This document shows positions 51,885 through 64,000 of a stretch of DNA of 64,000 bases, one piece after another. The notes under the pieces were generated by a model. It saw only the letters and a program-made list of their open reading frames with translations, was not told the origin of the DNA and searched no databases. Numbering within the stretch: position 1 is the first letter of the stretch; every line of letters begins with the position of its first letter. The stretch comes from Sphyrna mokarran (Eukaryota). The position numbers and the translations under genes were made by a program. The stretch is taken from positions 69,502,001 to 69,566,000 of the forward strand of contig JAGIQG010000006.1 in assembly GCA_024679065.1 (NCBI GenBank), read 5' to 3'.

Positions 51885-52500
51885 CCTGTGATGCCCTTCA
51901 TTACAAGGGGACTGGAGTACAGGAAAAAAAGGATATCTTACCGCAGCTGTATTGGGCCTTGGTGAGACCGCACCTGGAATACTATGTGCAATTTTGGTCT
52001 CCTTATCGAAGAAAGGATATACTTGCCATAGGGACAATTCAGTGATGGTTCACCAAACTGATTCCTGGGATGGCAGGATTGTCTGTCAAGGAGAGATCAT
52101 GTCGACCACGTTTCTATTTACTGAAATGGGGGAAGGGGGAGGGAATCTAATTGAAATGTATACAATTCTGAAGGACTGGACAGACTGGAGGTAGAATGTT
52201 ATTTTCTTCGGTTGGAAGGGGTCACAGTCTCAGGACATGAGTTAGGCCATTTAAGACTTAGATGGGGAGAAACCTCTTCATTCAGTAGCTGGTGAATTGT
52301 GGAATTCTCTACCACAAAAAGCTTTGATGGCCAAGTCATTGAATAATTAAGAAAATAGACAGGTTTCTAGACAGGTGTCAAGGAGTATGAAGATTGTGTG
52401 GGATTATGATGTTGAGAAAGAAAATCAGTCATGATCATACAGAATGGTGGAGCAGGCTTGAAGGGCCAAATGGCTTCCTCCTATTTGCCGTTTCTAACTC
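51885..52500 (+). mobile_element. CR1 3' fragment
   Basis: LVRPHLEY; tail GCAGGCTTGAAGGGCCAAATGGCTTCCTCCT. Confidence 0.85.
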
Positions 52501-52599
52501 TACTACAGTGGTTTATAATTAACAGCAGTGTGCCATGAGCAGCAGTGTGGATAACTTGCTAATCATGTGTAAAAGTAAGGTTAATTTTTAGTTTTCATT

Positions 52600-53375
52600 C
52601 TGTTGCAAGATTATCGATGTCAAAGAGCGTACAGACTAAGACAACACAAAAAAGTAAACTTATAAGATGCTTATAAGTAAACTTATAAGCACAACAGAAC
52701 TCCTTTAGGCTTTCTGCAGTAAAGAAAATGGAGGGGTGAAATAAAAAAAAGGAAAGCAGGGAGGGAGCAAAAAAAACTGTAAAGTCAAGGAAAACTGAAA
52801 AATACTTTATAAATGCATAAAAAGCAAAAGGATAACTACGAGAAGAGTAAGGCCAATTGGAGACAGTAAGATAATTTGAGTGACAGTGGAAGACCTGGGC
52901 ATTATCCTTAAGAAATGATTTACATTTGTTTTCAAAGCACACATAGCTAAGGAGGAGCAAGATAAAATATTAAGTTACACATAGCAAGGAAGGAAACATG
53001 AAAAAGTTTAGCACCCTTCATCACTAGATCTGGGTGAAGTGTATTGCATGCTGCTAGAAGAGCAAGGGAACAAATAATGAAAGCTATAAGCAACATTTTT
53101 TAATCTCTGTATATAGATATGATGCAGAAAAACTGGAAGGCTGCTAATGTACCATTGTTTAAAAAAGGGATTAGCCTAATCAGCCTAAGCTCAGGTAGGT
53201 AGATTATAGAAAAAAATTCTGAGTGACAAAAAACATGGATTAATCAAGGATAATTAGAATTTATTTGTTGACAGAATGTCTCAACTAATATGATTGAACT
53301 TTTTTGAGGGAGTAACAAGAAGGATTGATGAGTTACTTAATGTAGTCTATTTGAATTTTAGCAAGGCATTTGCCA
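52600..53375 (+). mobile_element. Decayed CR1 linker/RT fragment
   Basis: NWKAANV..LFKKG, LTNMIELF and VVYLNFSKAFAK remnants. Confidence 0.75.
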
Positions 53376-54569
53376 AAAACAAAATATAGGGCTATGCATC
53401 GAGAGTTAGATAGTGGAATTTGGTTGCATAGCTACATTTTGTAGCTATATACGGCCTGTACGGACGACTCCCTTGTGACATAAATTCTTTTCCATGTTCC
53501 TATTTATTTTTGACATCAATCAATTAATATATAAATATATATATTATATAATTATACATATTGGAGTGGTAGTTTGCTCATGTGCTTTGAATATTTCAAT
53601 CAGAAATTTGGAAACTGAAAATAACTTTGAAAGGTTAGCTATTTACAGTGCATCAGTTTCTACACAAATGTTTAGTCAATTCTTGTAACACTATTTCTCC
53701 AGGTGGAGCTGCATAGTAATGATACACACTAGGATACATGAATACAGATCCCTAGTTCCTATTCCATACAACCTGAAGCAAAATCCCAAATGTGACACAC
53801 AAAAACACAGAAGAGACCAAAATGCTCCAAGCAGAGAGCAAAACACATTAAAAAGAGAACCTCCTAGAGCAGTTCATGTGTCTGCTGGCAGTAGAGGAAA
53901 AAGAGATGTTAAGGATAGACTTGGCATCATGTTGTCCAGGTTTTTTAAACCACAGAAAATGTAAAGTCTGGTAATTTTCTGAGGGGAATAAACAAGAAAG
54001 TGTGATTACACACAGTTACAAGATATGTGCGCAGCGGAAAAGCACTTGAACACTGTTCCAGTAACTTGCAGAACAATGCTAAAAATGCAGATAAATAATC
54101 AGAAAGGATTATTCAGCTTTTCAAAGCTCAGCACTTTAGTTCTTAACTCACTTAATTCTAGCATTCAACTGCACTTTGAATGTTCCAGTGTTTTTTGACT
54201 CTACTATTATTACATTGTTATGTTCCAAATAAGATTGTGTATGTTTCACTTCAACAGGAGCATAATGCTTCAATATATCATTAGCATTTTTAATAATATA
54301 TTGTTTGCAATTTATCTGAATCAAATTGAATTAACTTATCTATGTTTCTGCTGGCAAGAATGGATGTTTCAAAAAATCGATAATCATATATTTTCCCTTC
54401 AATTCACATAATTACTATGAAAGCAATTTTAACTGGATAAATACAATATGCCCGATTGATTGTAATCAAACCTTGATTAAAAACAGTAGCATTACAGCTA
54501 AATTATGGAAGAAGAATGCACATTGAGTAGTTTTAACAAAGTCACCCAGCAAGTTGATTCTGCATTTGT

Positions 54570-55270
54570 CTGGTCCCATTCTTATCGAATTGCCACCAGA
54601 AAATTGCCAAAAACAATTTCTCTTCCTATTCCTGCATAGCTTCCTATGTGTTTCCCCAAAAATTTATTCCTGGCCTGTTCCTAATTCTAATCTATACCCT
54701 GCCCCATCTGACTTTATCCAAGTACACACCAATTTCCACTTGAATGCTGATGACAACTAGCTCTATCTCATCACCACCTCTCAGCCTTTCACTGTCTCTA
54801 AACTGTTGAACTGTTACGGGGTACGCAGAAATTTCGTTCAATTGAATATTGTGTGGACTGAAATTACTGCCACTAAATCAGTTCCCTTGCCTCTGACTCC
54901 ACTCCTCTTCCTGGCAGCTGTTTGAGGCTAAACCAGGCTGCTTGCAAAATTGGTGTCATATTTGACCCTGAGACAAGCTTTCAAACAAATATCCTACAGG
55001 GTGCTAAAAATACCTCTTTCTATCTGCATATAAGTTGCTGTCTTCATCCTTGCCTCAGCTCTTGTGTTGCTAAAACCTTCATTCCATATGTTTGTTACTC
55101 CCAGATGTGATTATTAACACACTCCTGGCCAATCTTATGCATTCAACCCTCCATAAACTAGAGGTCATCCAAACTCAGCTGCCAGTGTATGAGCTCGCAC
55201 TAAATCCTGTTCACCCATTTCTCCACATGCTGGCTGACCAACTCCAGTACGTGGTAAAGCAACACATTTT
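54570..55270 (+). mobile_element. L2-clade LINE RT relic
   Basis: FHLNADDN*LYL, NFVQLNI..TE and KIGVIFDPETSF match L2 YADDTQLY / NFLQLN / NLGVIFD. Confidence 0.75.
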
Positions 55271-55749
55271 GTTTTGTTGTTTTATTATTACAAGTACATG
55301 CCTTGCTGGCTATGTATTTTGGAGAGTTTACGTTTCAATTTTCTCTCTAGAACTCCCCAGGTAAACAACATCATGGCAGTATCACCCAAGTGATATGTGT
55401 TCTGTTTGTATTATTGATAACAAGTGTTGGCAAACTATTTGGCCATACTGACTCAAATTCTTAATCAATTTCTGCGCAAATCTGCTTTATGACAGAAAGG
55501 ACCGGAACGTGACCAAGGTTTTTGACTGTTATTTTCCCTCTAACTAGGGACAGAGACCAGCTATGATGGCCCACTGTTGTCATAGTTGAGATTAGCTAAT
55601 TCAGTACAAAACACAAGTCATGCATTGAATCTAGTCTGCTAAAATCTTCAATTGAAACTATTCTAGAATGAAAAAGGCTAGGAGACAAAATTATTTTCAG
55701 TGATTTCTCATTCAGGGTTCTAAACATATTTTTGGAACAAATACTGTAC

Positions 55750-55916
55750 CATTCATCCTGAGGGAAATATTTTACGATTTCTTCAATGATTGGCCGATAA
55801 CAAGCATCCCTTTCAGCCTTGCCATCATCACTCCAATCCCTTACAAATTGTTTAATGGTGGACTTCAGTTTGTCCATGTCAAAGGTGGATGCTGGTTTTA
55901 ATCGTGCTGGGTCAGC
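55750..55916 (-). CDS. CARNMT1: CARNMT1 exon 3
   Basis: Acceptor ATACAG|, donor TG|GTACAG; [44 protein letters not shown]...; 167 nt. Confidence 0.95.
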
Positions 55917-56491
55917 CTGTATATGTTACAATAAAACAAATTATCACTGAATGATCTCCCAATGAAAAAAAATGGCCTATTAAGAAAAATCTGATGCGAG
56001 ACTTTTGAATTCCACCCTCCTAATTTTTTTGTATTTTCCAACTCATTGCATGGATTGCAAAGAATTATATATAAACATAACAGAAATATTAGCCATTTAT
56101 CCCAACCAGTCAACACTGGTGTGTATCTTATACATTAGAGATACACCGTAATTCCATGTACCTGGCTCCTTTCTATATATCCTCATTCTACAATGACCCC
56201 ATTCTTAAAATGGTCTTTGCTTCAATCACTAATTCCAACATTGCATTCCATAGTTTCACAACTCTCTATTTTTATATTCCAAAACTTTTGTCATAAAACC
56301 CAGCGTTTCAACAGCATTTTTTAAACTGTTCTTACCTGCCAAATGCACTTAATTTTAAGGTCTTGTGAATCTGAAAACCAAAACCCCACTTGTCATCCAT
56401 ATAATTCAGCTGTCACCTCTCATTCAAAACATATGCATACAGTGAACGGTCTCAAAATAGAACCTTGCAGGGTACCATTACTCATTTGATT

Positions 56492-56870
56492 GTTAGCCAG
56501 GTTCAGTTGGTAGCATTCTCACTTCCGATTCACAAGGTTCTGGGTTCAAGTCCCACTCCAGAACTCAAGCACAAAATCTATGCAAACATTCTAGTGAAGT
56601 ACTAAGAGAATGCTGTGCTGTCCGGGAGATGTTGTCTTTCAGTGATGCTTTAAACCAAGGCGCCAGCTGTTTACTGGAGTAGATGTAGAAGATCCCAAAT
56701 CACTATTTTGAAGAAGTGCAGGCAAGTTATCCCCAGTGTCCTGGCCAATATTTACCCCTTAAGCAACATTATATTTCCTACATTACAAGTGACTACACTT
56801 AAAAATAAGTTCTTCAGAAAAGTGCTTTGAGATATCTGCTAGTCTTAGAAGTATATAAATGCAAGTTCTT
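56492..56870 (+). mobile_element. tRNA-headed Deu-domain SINE (SacSINE1/AmnSINE-related)
   Basis: A box GTTCAGTTGG, B box GGTTCAAGTCC; Deu core GATGTAGAAGATCCCAAATCACTATTTTGAAGAAG...GTGTCCTGGCCAATATTTA. Confidence 0.8.
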
Positions 56871-57962
56871 CTTCCTGTTACTTCAACCACTCTGGGGAGG
56901 TGCTCCAAATCCTACTCTATTTCTCCCCCTAATCAACTTTTAATCCAATTTGATGTCCTCAAACTAATTCCATACTTCCCAATCATCTCCAATGGTATCT
57001 TGGCTCTACCTAGTCAAAGGCTTTTTGCTTTCTCAATGTCCACACACACTACAATTATTCCACCATATGTGTCATCTCCATAAAAAATGTAGCGATGTCT
57101 CACCTGAGAGAGGAATCCAAGTAGAATTATTGAGCAATCTTAATGCAGTACACAGCTATTAAAATCCGCAATATAATACGCCTTGGATATTTGTTCGTTA
57201 AGTTATTTGAAATAAATTGTATGCCATATAGAAATGCTGCACTTTGCAATGAAGGGATGGGAAAGGAAGGAAGATAGCACCCTTCTGAATTTACAGTGCT
57301 ACCATAAAACTCAATACAACATCCAGCAATGATAGATGAAATATATCAGTGAGTGTTGCTATATCTTCCTCACCCCGAACAAGTTCATTTTCCAGGAGAA
57401 ACCATGCAATGCTCATCAGAAATGGAAGCTTTGGCTAATTTTGCCTCCCAGAGACATTAAGGTCAACTTCAGCATTTGAAAAGTAGTATAGGCTGAAACA
57501 AACTAACCTAGCCTACTATATTACTACACTACTATCCACTAAGGATAACAATTTATTAAAGTGATAACACAACCATTTATGCTTGAAAGATAGGAAATAT
57601 TGTCTACATTGGACTTGACTTAAAAGACGGTATTCTTATTTTAGAAATTAGACGGCGTCAACAAAATATTTGACTTAAGGTCACCAACTTGCATGCACTC
57701 CCAGGTATGCACTCTTCTCTATAGACAAAACTGTGAAGGACAGATATTACCATTTTAATATTATACAATTATCCTGACAAGTAAATAAATCTCTAAATAT
57801 TTTATTAGTAAAAGTCAAGCTTTTACCAGAAATTAAATAGATTTATTTGCATGCACTAGATAGGTGGTATGAATTCAAAACACGTACACAACCTCAAGTT
57901 GTTTTTGAGCCAATGCATGCAGCAGAGTTATCAACATGATTCTATGTTTGTGTTTCACTTAC

Positions 57963-58167
57963 CTCCATATCTATAAATCCATATTCCTTATTTTCAAACA
58001 TGTGATTGCAATTGTTAATAATTGCTTTCAGGATCTCATAGTTATGTTCAACACACTCCCTTAATTTGTTCACATGAGGAAGGAAATTAGGAAGCAGCTT
58101 CCGATGAGCTGCTGGAAGGGATTGGAATTGCTTTTCAGAACGAGTTACCCTCTCATGTGCATAAATT
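57963..58167 (-). CDS. CARNMT1: CARNMT1 exon 2
   Basis: Acceptor CTTTCCAG|, donor GAG|GTAAGT; (R)[18 protein letters not shown]...[16 protein letters not shown]; 205 nt, phase 2 to 0. Confidence 0.95.
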
Positions 58168-58744
58168 CTGGAAAGTGAAGTTACATTAAAAAATGAGCAG
58201 GGAAAATTGTGAACAGTGCAATACATTTTCACAAGCATAACTGCTGAACCGACAATTTTTTATCTTATAGCCTATAAAGTGATACCAAAGTGAAGTCCAT
58301 CATTCAAATCATATTACATTAAAATTAAAGCCAACTATCTTTACTAAAATAAATGAAATTACCAATATAAGCTTGTATATAAAACTGCTATCAATATTTA
58401 AGATCATTCCACCAAAATAATCACAACTTGACAAAAAAATTGGTCAGCAAAATTAAGCAAGATGCTTAAAACAGATATGGGCTGAATTCTCTGACTTTGG
58501 ACAAATTGCTGTGAATGGAAATTTAGCTGAGCACTAAATTCTCTGTTCTTGAGGCAGAGGCACATGGCGTATGAGACTGGAGAATTCCGGCCATTGTATC
58601 TTTAATGACTGAACATAATAAGAACAGCACCCAAAGTCATGACAAATTTCAACAAGTACCTGTTGATATACCACATTTGTAAATCCTATGAAGAACAGCA
58701 GCGCAATGTTTCTGGTTAGTCTGTGCTCTCCAAGTTCTGAATAC

Positions 58745-58900
58745 TTACTGAGGGGCATCTGGACGGATACATGAATAGGGACGGAATAGAAGGATATGGC
58801 CTGAGTATGGGCAGAATGTATTTTTTAGTTTAGTTAGGACATTATGATTTGCACAGGCTTGGAGGGTCAAAGGGCATGTTCCTGTGCTGTACTTTTCTTT
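58745..58900 (+). mobile_element. CR1 3' terminal fragment
   Basis: HLDGYMNR then tail GGCTTGGAGGGTCAAAGGGCATGTTCCTGTGCTGTAC. Confidence 0.75.
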
Positions 58901-59294
58901 GTTCATTGTACTTGTACAGTAGAAAGAAAACGAGAATGTAAAGAGAAACAGATGTAATAACACAACACAGATCTATAACCTCCGAATGAATCAAAACAGT
59001 AAACATCTTTGGCTTTAGAATCACCCTTATACAAATTTAAACAATATAATTCCAAAAAGACCATCTCAGCTATTTCCTGTGAAAAAAAATCTAGAAGCTG
59101 GTCCTTTGCTTTCAATGCTCATACTTTAGGAGTTTATAACAAAGGAATGGAATTCCAAAACTGCTTGTAGCTACTTTCCTGACAATTATCAAACCTATTG
59201 ACAGAGATTAAGTTTGAAGCGACAGAGCCAGAGAAGTGTGAAGCAAATTATTGAGCTGTGACTTAATTAGATTTTTTTTTAAAACAGGGTACTG

Positions 59295-59960
59295 GACAGT
59301 GACTCATTAGTAGCACTCTTGCATTTGATTCAGAAGAACAAGAATTGAAGAAAAAGTGGACCATCCAGCCAGCTCCACCATTAAATACAACCATAGCAGA
59401 TCTTATGTTTTTCAACTTCCCCTACCACTGCCATACTTCCCTCATGTCCCTTAATTTCCAAGAAACCAAAAAAATCTGTCTATCCCAGCCTTAAATATAT
59501 TCAATAATGGAGCAGTCATAATCCTTTTGGGAGTGGGATTTCCAAATACTGACAACTGTGAATGAAGAAATGCCTAATCTCAGTCCTAAATTGTCCCCTT
59601 ATTCCCATATTCTAAGTTCCCCTGCTAGTGAAAACCACTTCTCAATGCCTATACTATCAAATCTAGAAGATTACACGTTCAAGTCCTATTTCAGAGACTA
59701 AAGTAAAAATATTAAGGCATGCACTACAGTATCAAGGAAGTGCTACACAGATAATATGTTAAAGTAAAGTCTGTGGCTCTCTCATGTGGATGGAAAAGAT
59801 CTTGTGGAACTGCTTAGAAGAGCAGAAAAATTCCTTCAAACCTCAACCGGTCACCAAAACAAAACATCTGATCTTTGATACATTGCTGTTTGTAGGATTT
59901 TGCTTTGCACAAACTGGTTATTGAATTTTTTTATAACAGTACAAAAGTTCTGTGAATTCT
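59295..59960 (+). mobile_element. Second Deu-domain SINE, split by a CR1 3' end (59338-59664, minus)
   Basis: Head A box before and B box GTTCAAGTCC after the insert; AGAAGA duplicated at 59332-59337 and 59665-59670; Deu core GATGGAAAAGATCTTGTGG. Confidence 0.7.
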
Positions 59961-61934
59961 GTGAAAAAAAACTGTGAATCAATTTGGAATATTCATTCAG
60001 TTCTCTTTCAACAGTCCAAATAAAATTTCCATGATTGAGTCATGTTCTTACAATCTGAAATTTATACCATTGCTACTCGACATACTTCATTGAACTTTTG
60101 TACTGTAGTCTGCCACATTAAATCTTACATTATTTCATCAATTTAAGTATATAATAAAAGTAATATAAAAATCTGGTGCATAGCTCACCCTTTCACACTT
60201 AAAAAAAATCAGCACCTGAAAACATGGGTTATGATTTAAGACATTAAAGGAAGTAACACATTGTTCAACTCTCAACCTAAAGTTACAGGAACAATCTATG
60301 CCTTTGATCAAATGGTGTATCATATATCCATGAATGAAGAACATGCATTTACAGAAAAGTATACAAGTGAAGGAAAGCCAAAACTCTTCAAGGATCTCAA
60401 TGATCAGTTTAAAATAGAGACATATCTTCCCACTTACATCATGCTGTATCTAGTGATGTCAACATATGCATTACATAATTAAAATTTATGGCTGGTAGAT
60501 AGTTTAAGCATAATTCATTCCAGAATTCTACTAATATGCTGTTCAAATGAATTACTGCCTTGTTCCTCATCAGTGCCACTCATCGATAATTACCCCAATA
60601 CAAAATGTTGTCTTCACTTTAGTTGTGATCAACATTTCATTTTCTCCGTCATTTTAGCTCTCATTGTCTCCACTACATAAACTGAATGCCAAGATAATCT
60701 AAAAGTGAGAGAGGGGCACTGTTACAGGGATGCATTACAATGCAAACCAATCCCTCAATTTTCAATTCAAACAATTGTTCAGTGAAAACAGCAGTATTAT
60801 TTCATGTATTGCTTCTTGGGTGTTGTTATTAGCAGTTCATCATATTCTACAATGTTTAAGACTGGTGTTTGACAGATTAAGAGTTAGCAGAAGTGGGGTG
60901 ATCACAATAGAACTGCAAATTTACTATCAGAACAACGTACTCACACGCCGAGCATCACACACCAGGACTGCTAATCTTGCCTTAATGAGGAAATGTTTAA
61001 AATTTATGTTTGAATACATTGAATATGTTTCAATATAGTTACTTTATAAGTTAATAAGTAAAATCCAGGTGCACTATTTTACAAAAAATGTCTTGATTGG
61101 TTTTTTTAACTAATGTAATTATGAATTGAATTCTTTGCATATTTTTGTATTGACCTTTTGGTTTAAGTTCTAGATTTCATTTTAAGCTTAGTGCAAGTTA
61201 TTGCAGGTTATTTTCAAACACATGGGTGGAGAAGTCAGTTGGATTACTTTCCCAAACCTTTTATTTTCAAACATGAAATCACTACTTATTACAAAACATA
61301 TGGCATATGATGTATTTTGATGCTAATGTGATCAAGACATTTAGAATTAATACTTTTCTTGGGCTTTTTTGATTTTTTGCATCTGCTAACTTATTGAGGA
61401 CATTCAAAATTAAGTTAAATCTACATATGTTATATATATATCTTTTTCTTTCCTTATTTCATTTACTTATAGCAGCCAAAAGCAAATCTTGTTTCGGACA
61501 GCCTTAATTTTCTTAACTGGAGACTCAATGTAGAAAATAAAATTGTTCCATGCATAATGGATGCAAGACTTTTATTTTTGTAACTTATTTTTAATTTGAA
61601 AAGTATTTTAATGAAAATGAGAAATTTATGATATATGTAAAATATAATGTCATTCAGTGCTGTGTTATTTACTTTCAATAAATTACTTTTATACCCTTGG
61701 ATCCTCTACAAAGCACAGGAAGTGAAATCAAATTGAATCCCAAAAAATGTATTGAAAAAAATCAAGAAACAAGCGGAAATTATGTATTTTATTCTTTAAA
61801 TCAAATTCAGTTATAAAACAGATATTCTGAATATACAAGAGAGTTCCAAAACGGATTTCCTAATTTAGAATAAATGTGGAGTATGACACTAACAATGCTA
61901 ATAGTTTTTAATTGAATGTAAAAGTAAAAATACA

Positions 61935-63005
61935 AGCCTGATTAGACCATTCAGCTCTATGAGCCTGCTCTAATATTCATTAAGCTCATGACTGAGTCTT
62001 CACTTTGACTCCACTTGGTTCCATGTATTTTGATTCCCATAGAGTCTAAAAAGCTATCAAACTCTGCTTGAATATATTCAATTAATGAGCAGCCATGGCT
62101 CTGGGTAAACAATTCCAAAGATTTACAACCCTTTAAGTCATGAAATCTCAATCCTAAATGGCAAATCCCTCATCATGAGGCAATGGCCCCTAGATCTAAC
62201 CAAGAGAAACAGCCTCTCAGCATCTTTCCTGTCACACTCTCTTAGAATTAAGAGAATCAATCTTTTTAGAATCAATCTTTCTTCTAAACTTCAGTATGGT
62301 TCTACACTGCAGGAAATAACCTCATGAACATTCACTTTGTCTCCTCTAAGGCAAGTACCTGTAGACCCTTCCATAGGTAGAGATAAAATCTTTACACATC
62401 ACTCCAGGTGCCATCTCAGCTAAGTTCTATAACATTTCAAAAAGAATTCCTTATCCTGGTACAACAACACTTTAAATTAACAAAACTCACCTATGTTTTC
62501 AACAATTGCCTTCCTAATTGCTGGCAATAACTGCATGTTTTTCCTCAGTGTTTCTTTTACAAGGATATTCCGATTCTTCCAAATACCAACATTTAATTTA
62601 AAAAATATTACTTTATTTAAAAATATTTTTCTCACCAAAGTAAAAAAAAGCCTCATTGCAGCACATTATAATCCCATCTGTTGCCTTCATGCCTGCTCAC
62701 GTGACATACCAACATCTCTTTGCAAACTCTGCTTTCTCCTCATTCCCATCTAGCTTTGCATCATCTGTAAATTTAGCTATATTACACTTGATCCTACAAA
62801 CTTCAACAAAGACTTCGACGAAAATAGCTGAGGCTACAAAACTAATCACTGTGGAACCCCGCTAATAACAGCGTATCAACTTGCAAATCCATTTATTCCT
62901 TATGTTTTCAATCCTTTAATCAAACCCCCTTCTATGCTAATATATTAACCACAACTCCATGAGCCCTTACATGGCATGTTCTTTTGTGTGGGACCTCACT
63001 GAATT
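61935..63005 (-). mobile_element. Decayed CR1 LINE in CARNMT1 intron 1
   Basis: AKFTDDAKLDG and GVPQ remnants; CR1 tail TAGACCATTCAGCTCTATGAGCCTGCTC on plus. Confidence 0.8.
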
Positions 63006-63628
63006 TACTAATACCTATGTTAAAAAAATGTTTAACAACGGAAGTGTCCAGATCAGCACAATGATGACTAACGCCAAACAAATGAATTCCTGCAATATTT
63101 TACTGCAGCAGCTAACACACAACATTTGAAGCATACGGGACAAGAATTTCAAAGGTATTCCTTCTTTTCTCTAACAACTGTTCATCGGAATTCTAAACTT
63201 CGTCATTCTCTTCTTAGCCCTACAAACAGAGAGAGCTACTCTTGGATTAAAAAGGTCAGTAGATTAAATTTCTAATATTGTTTCATTGCGGGAGGAGAGA
63301 AGAGATAGAAAAAGCAGGAGGCCAATGCGAGATTACATTTAAACCAAGGGACGGTTTGCCTAGATTTCAATTTTTTTGAAACACCCAGCCCTTTAAGTTC
63401 CCTAGAAATTACAACAGAAAAGAATGATTTATCAACAAAAAAATATAAATAGTTCTGAACAGACGATGCTAATTAGAACGAAGCTAAGTAAATTTAAATG
63501 ATGCTATAGGCCCAGATTTTTTTTCAAACCCACTGTGTTGCTGTCAGGAAAGCCACTACCTCCCCCTCTCAGGCCTGGCCTGCCTCCTCTCTCTCTCCCT
63601 GGGTGGCCGCTGTTTATTTCCAGTTTAC

Positions 63629-63741
63629 CTATAATATCTAAAAGCATTAATGATTTTCCAGAAGTGTTCTTTCTCCAAGCGTTCCTCCTCCTCTTTCTCC
63701 TGTTCTTCCCCGGTGCAGTGCTCATTCCCCTCGTTCTCCAT
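63629..63741 (-). CDS. CARNMT1: Carnosine N-methyltransferase 1, coding exon 1
   Basis: ATG at 63741; [37 protein letters not shown] matches the CARNMT1 motif [21 protein letters not shown]; donor AG|GTAAAC at 63628, phase 2; CpG-rich context. Confidence 0.93.
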
Positions 63742-63960
63742 CTTCTTTCGTTTCCCCCAGCGCAGCCTCCACAAGCCAGACACCTTCCTCACAACCGCGC
63801 CGAGGAGACGACGGCAGCGAGAGCGGACCCCCCCAAGGCCCTCTCCCCCGCCCCCACACACACCGACCGCACGCCCCGCCTCACAGCGACACCCACAGGT
63901 TCGGAGGGTTTGGACCAACAAAGCGCCTGTCAGGATGCTCTACTTTAAACTCGACCTTAA
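63740..63960 (-). promoter_or_regulatory. CpG/GC-rich 5' UTR and promoter of CARNMT1
   Basis: Dense CpG with GC boxes (CCCGCCC at ~63847, CCCCGCC at ~63874) just upstream of the ATG, in an otherwise AT-rich window. Confidence 0.7.
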
Positions 63961-63969
63961 TACACAAAA

Positions 63970-64000
63970 GCAGCACGGTGGCACAGTGCTGAGCACGGCT
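63970..64000 (+). mobile_element. Start of a V-SINE tRNA head at the window edge
   Basis: GCAGCACGGTGGCACAGTGCTGAGCACGGCT. Confidence 0.7.

Noticed and set aside
63504-63948. Alternative-frame and antisense ORFs over CARNMT1 exon 1
   Set aside because: Low-complexity shadows of the real exon.

Overview
Eukaryotic, AT-rich, repeat-dense genomic DNA. It is most likely from a shark or other elasmobranch, judging by HE1-type V-SINEs, a tRNA-headed Deu-domain SINE, many CR1/HER1-like LINEs and Penelope pLTRs. Two spliced protein-coding genes can be rebuilt by hand on the minus strand, all introns GT-AG with consistent phases: CARNMT1 (8 exons, 63741->34424, 387 aa) and a C9orf40 orthologue (2 exons, 24089->21217, 201 aa, with a coding 30-bp minisatellite). 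This matches the human 9q21 order TRPM6-C9orf40-CARNMT1. A CpG-enriched patch plus an ATG|GTAAGT at ~4955 may be the first exon of the next gene, TRPM6 by synteny. The rest is mostly transposon relics: CR1, L2, Tx1, Penelope with hammerhead cores, Harbinger transposase, LTRs and SINEs. The most unusual signal is two diverged CR1 LINE copies (16.9-17.9 kb and 39.1-39.9 kb) with the same long 3' UTR architecture: splice-acceptor-like motif, covarying stem, V-SINE with a disabled tRNA head, then the LINE tail. This suggests a LINE lineage that has captured a SINE. TE boundaries are approximate and family names come from motif recognition, not database searches.
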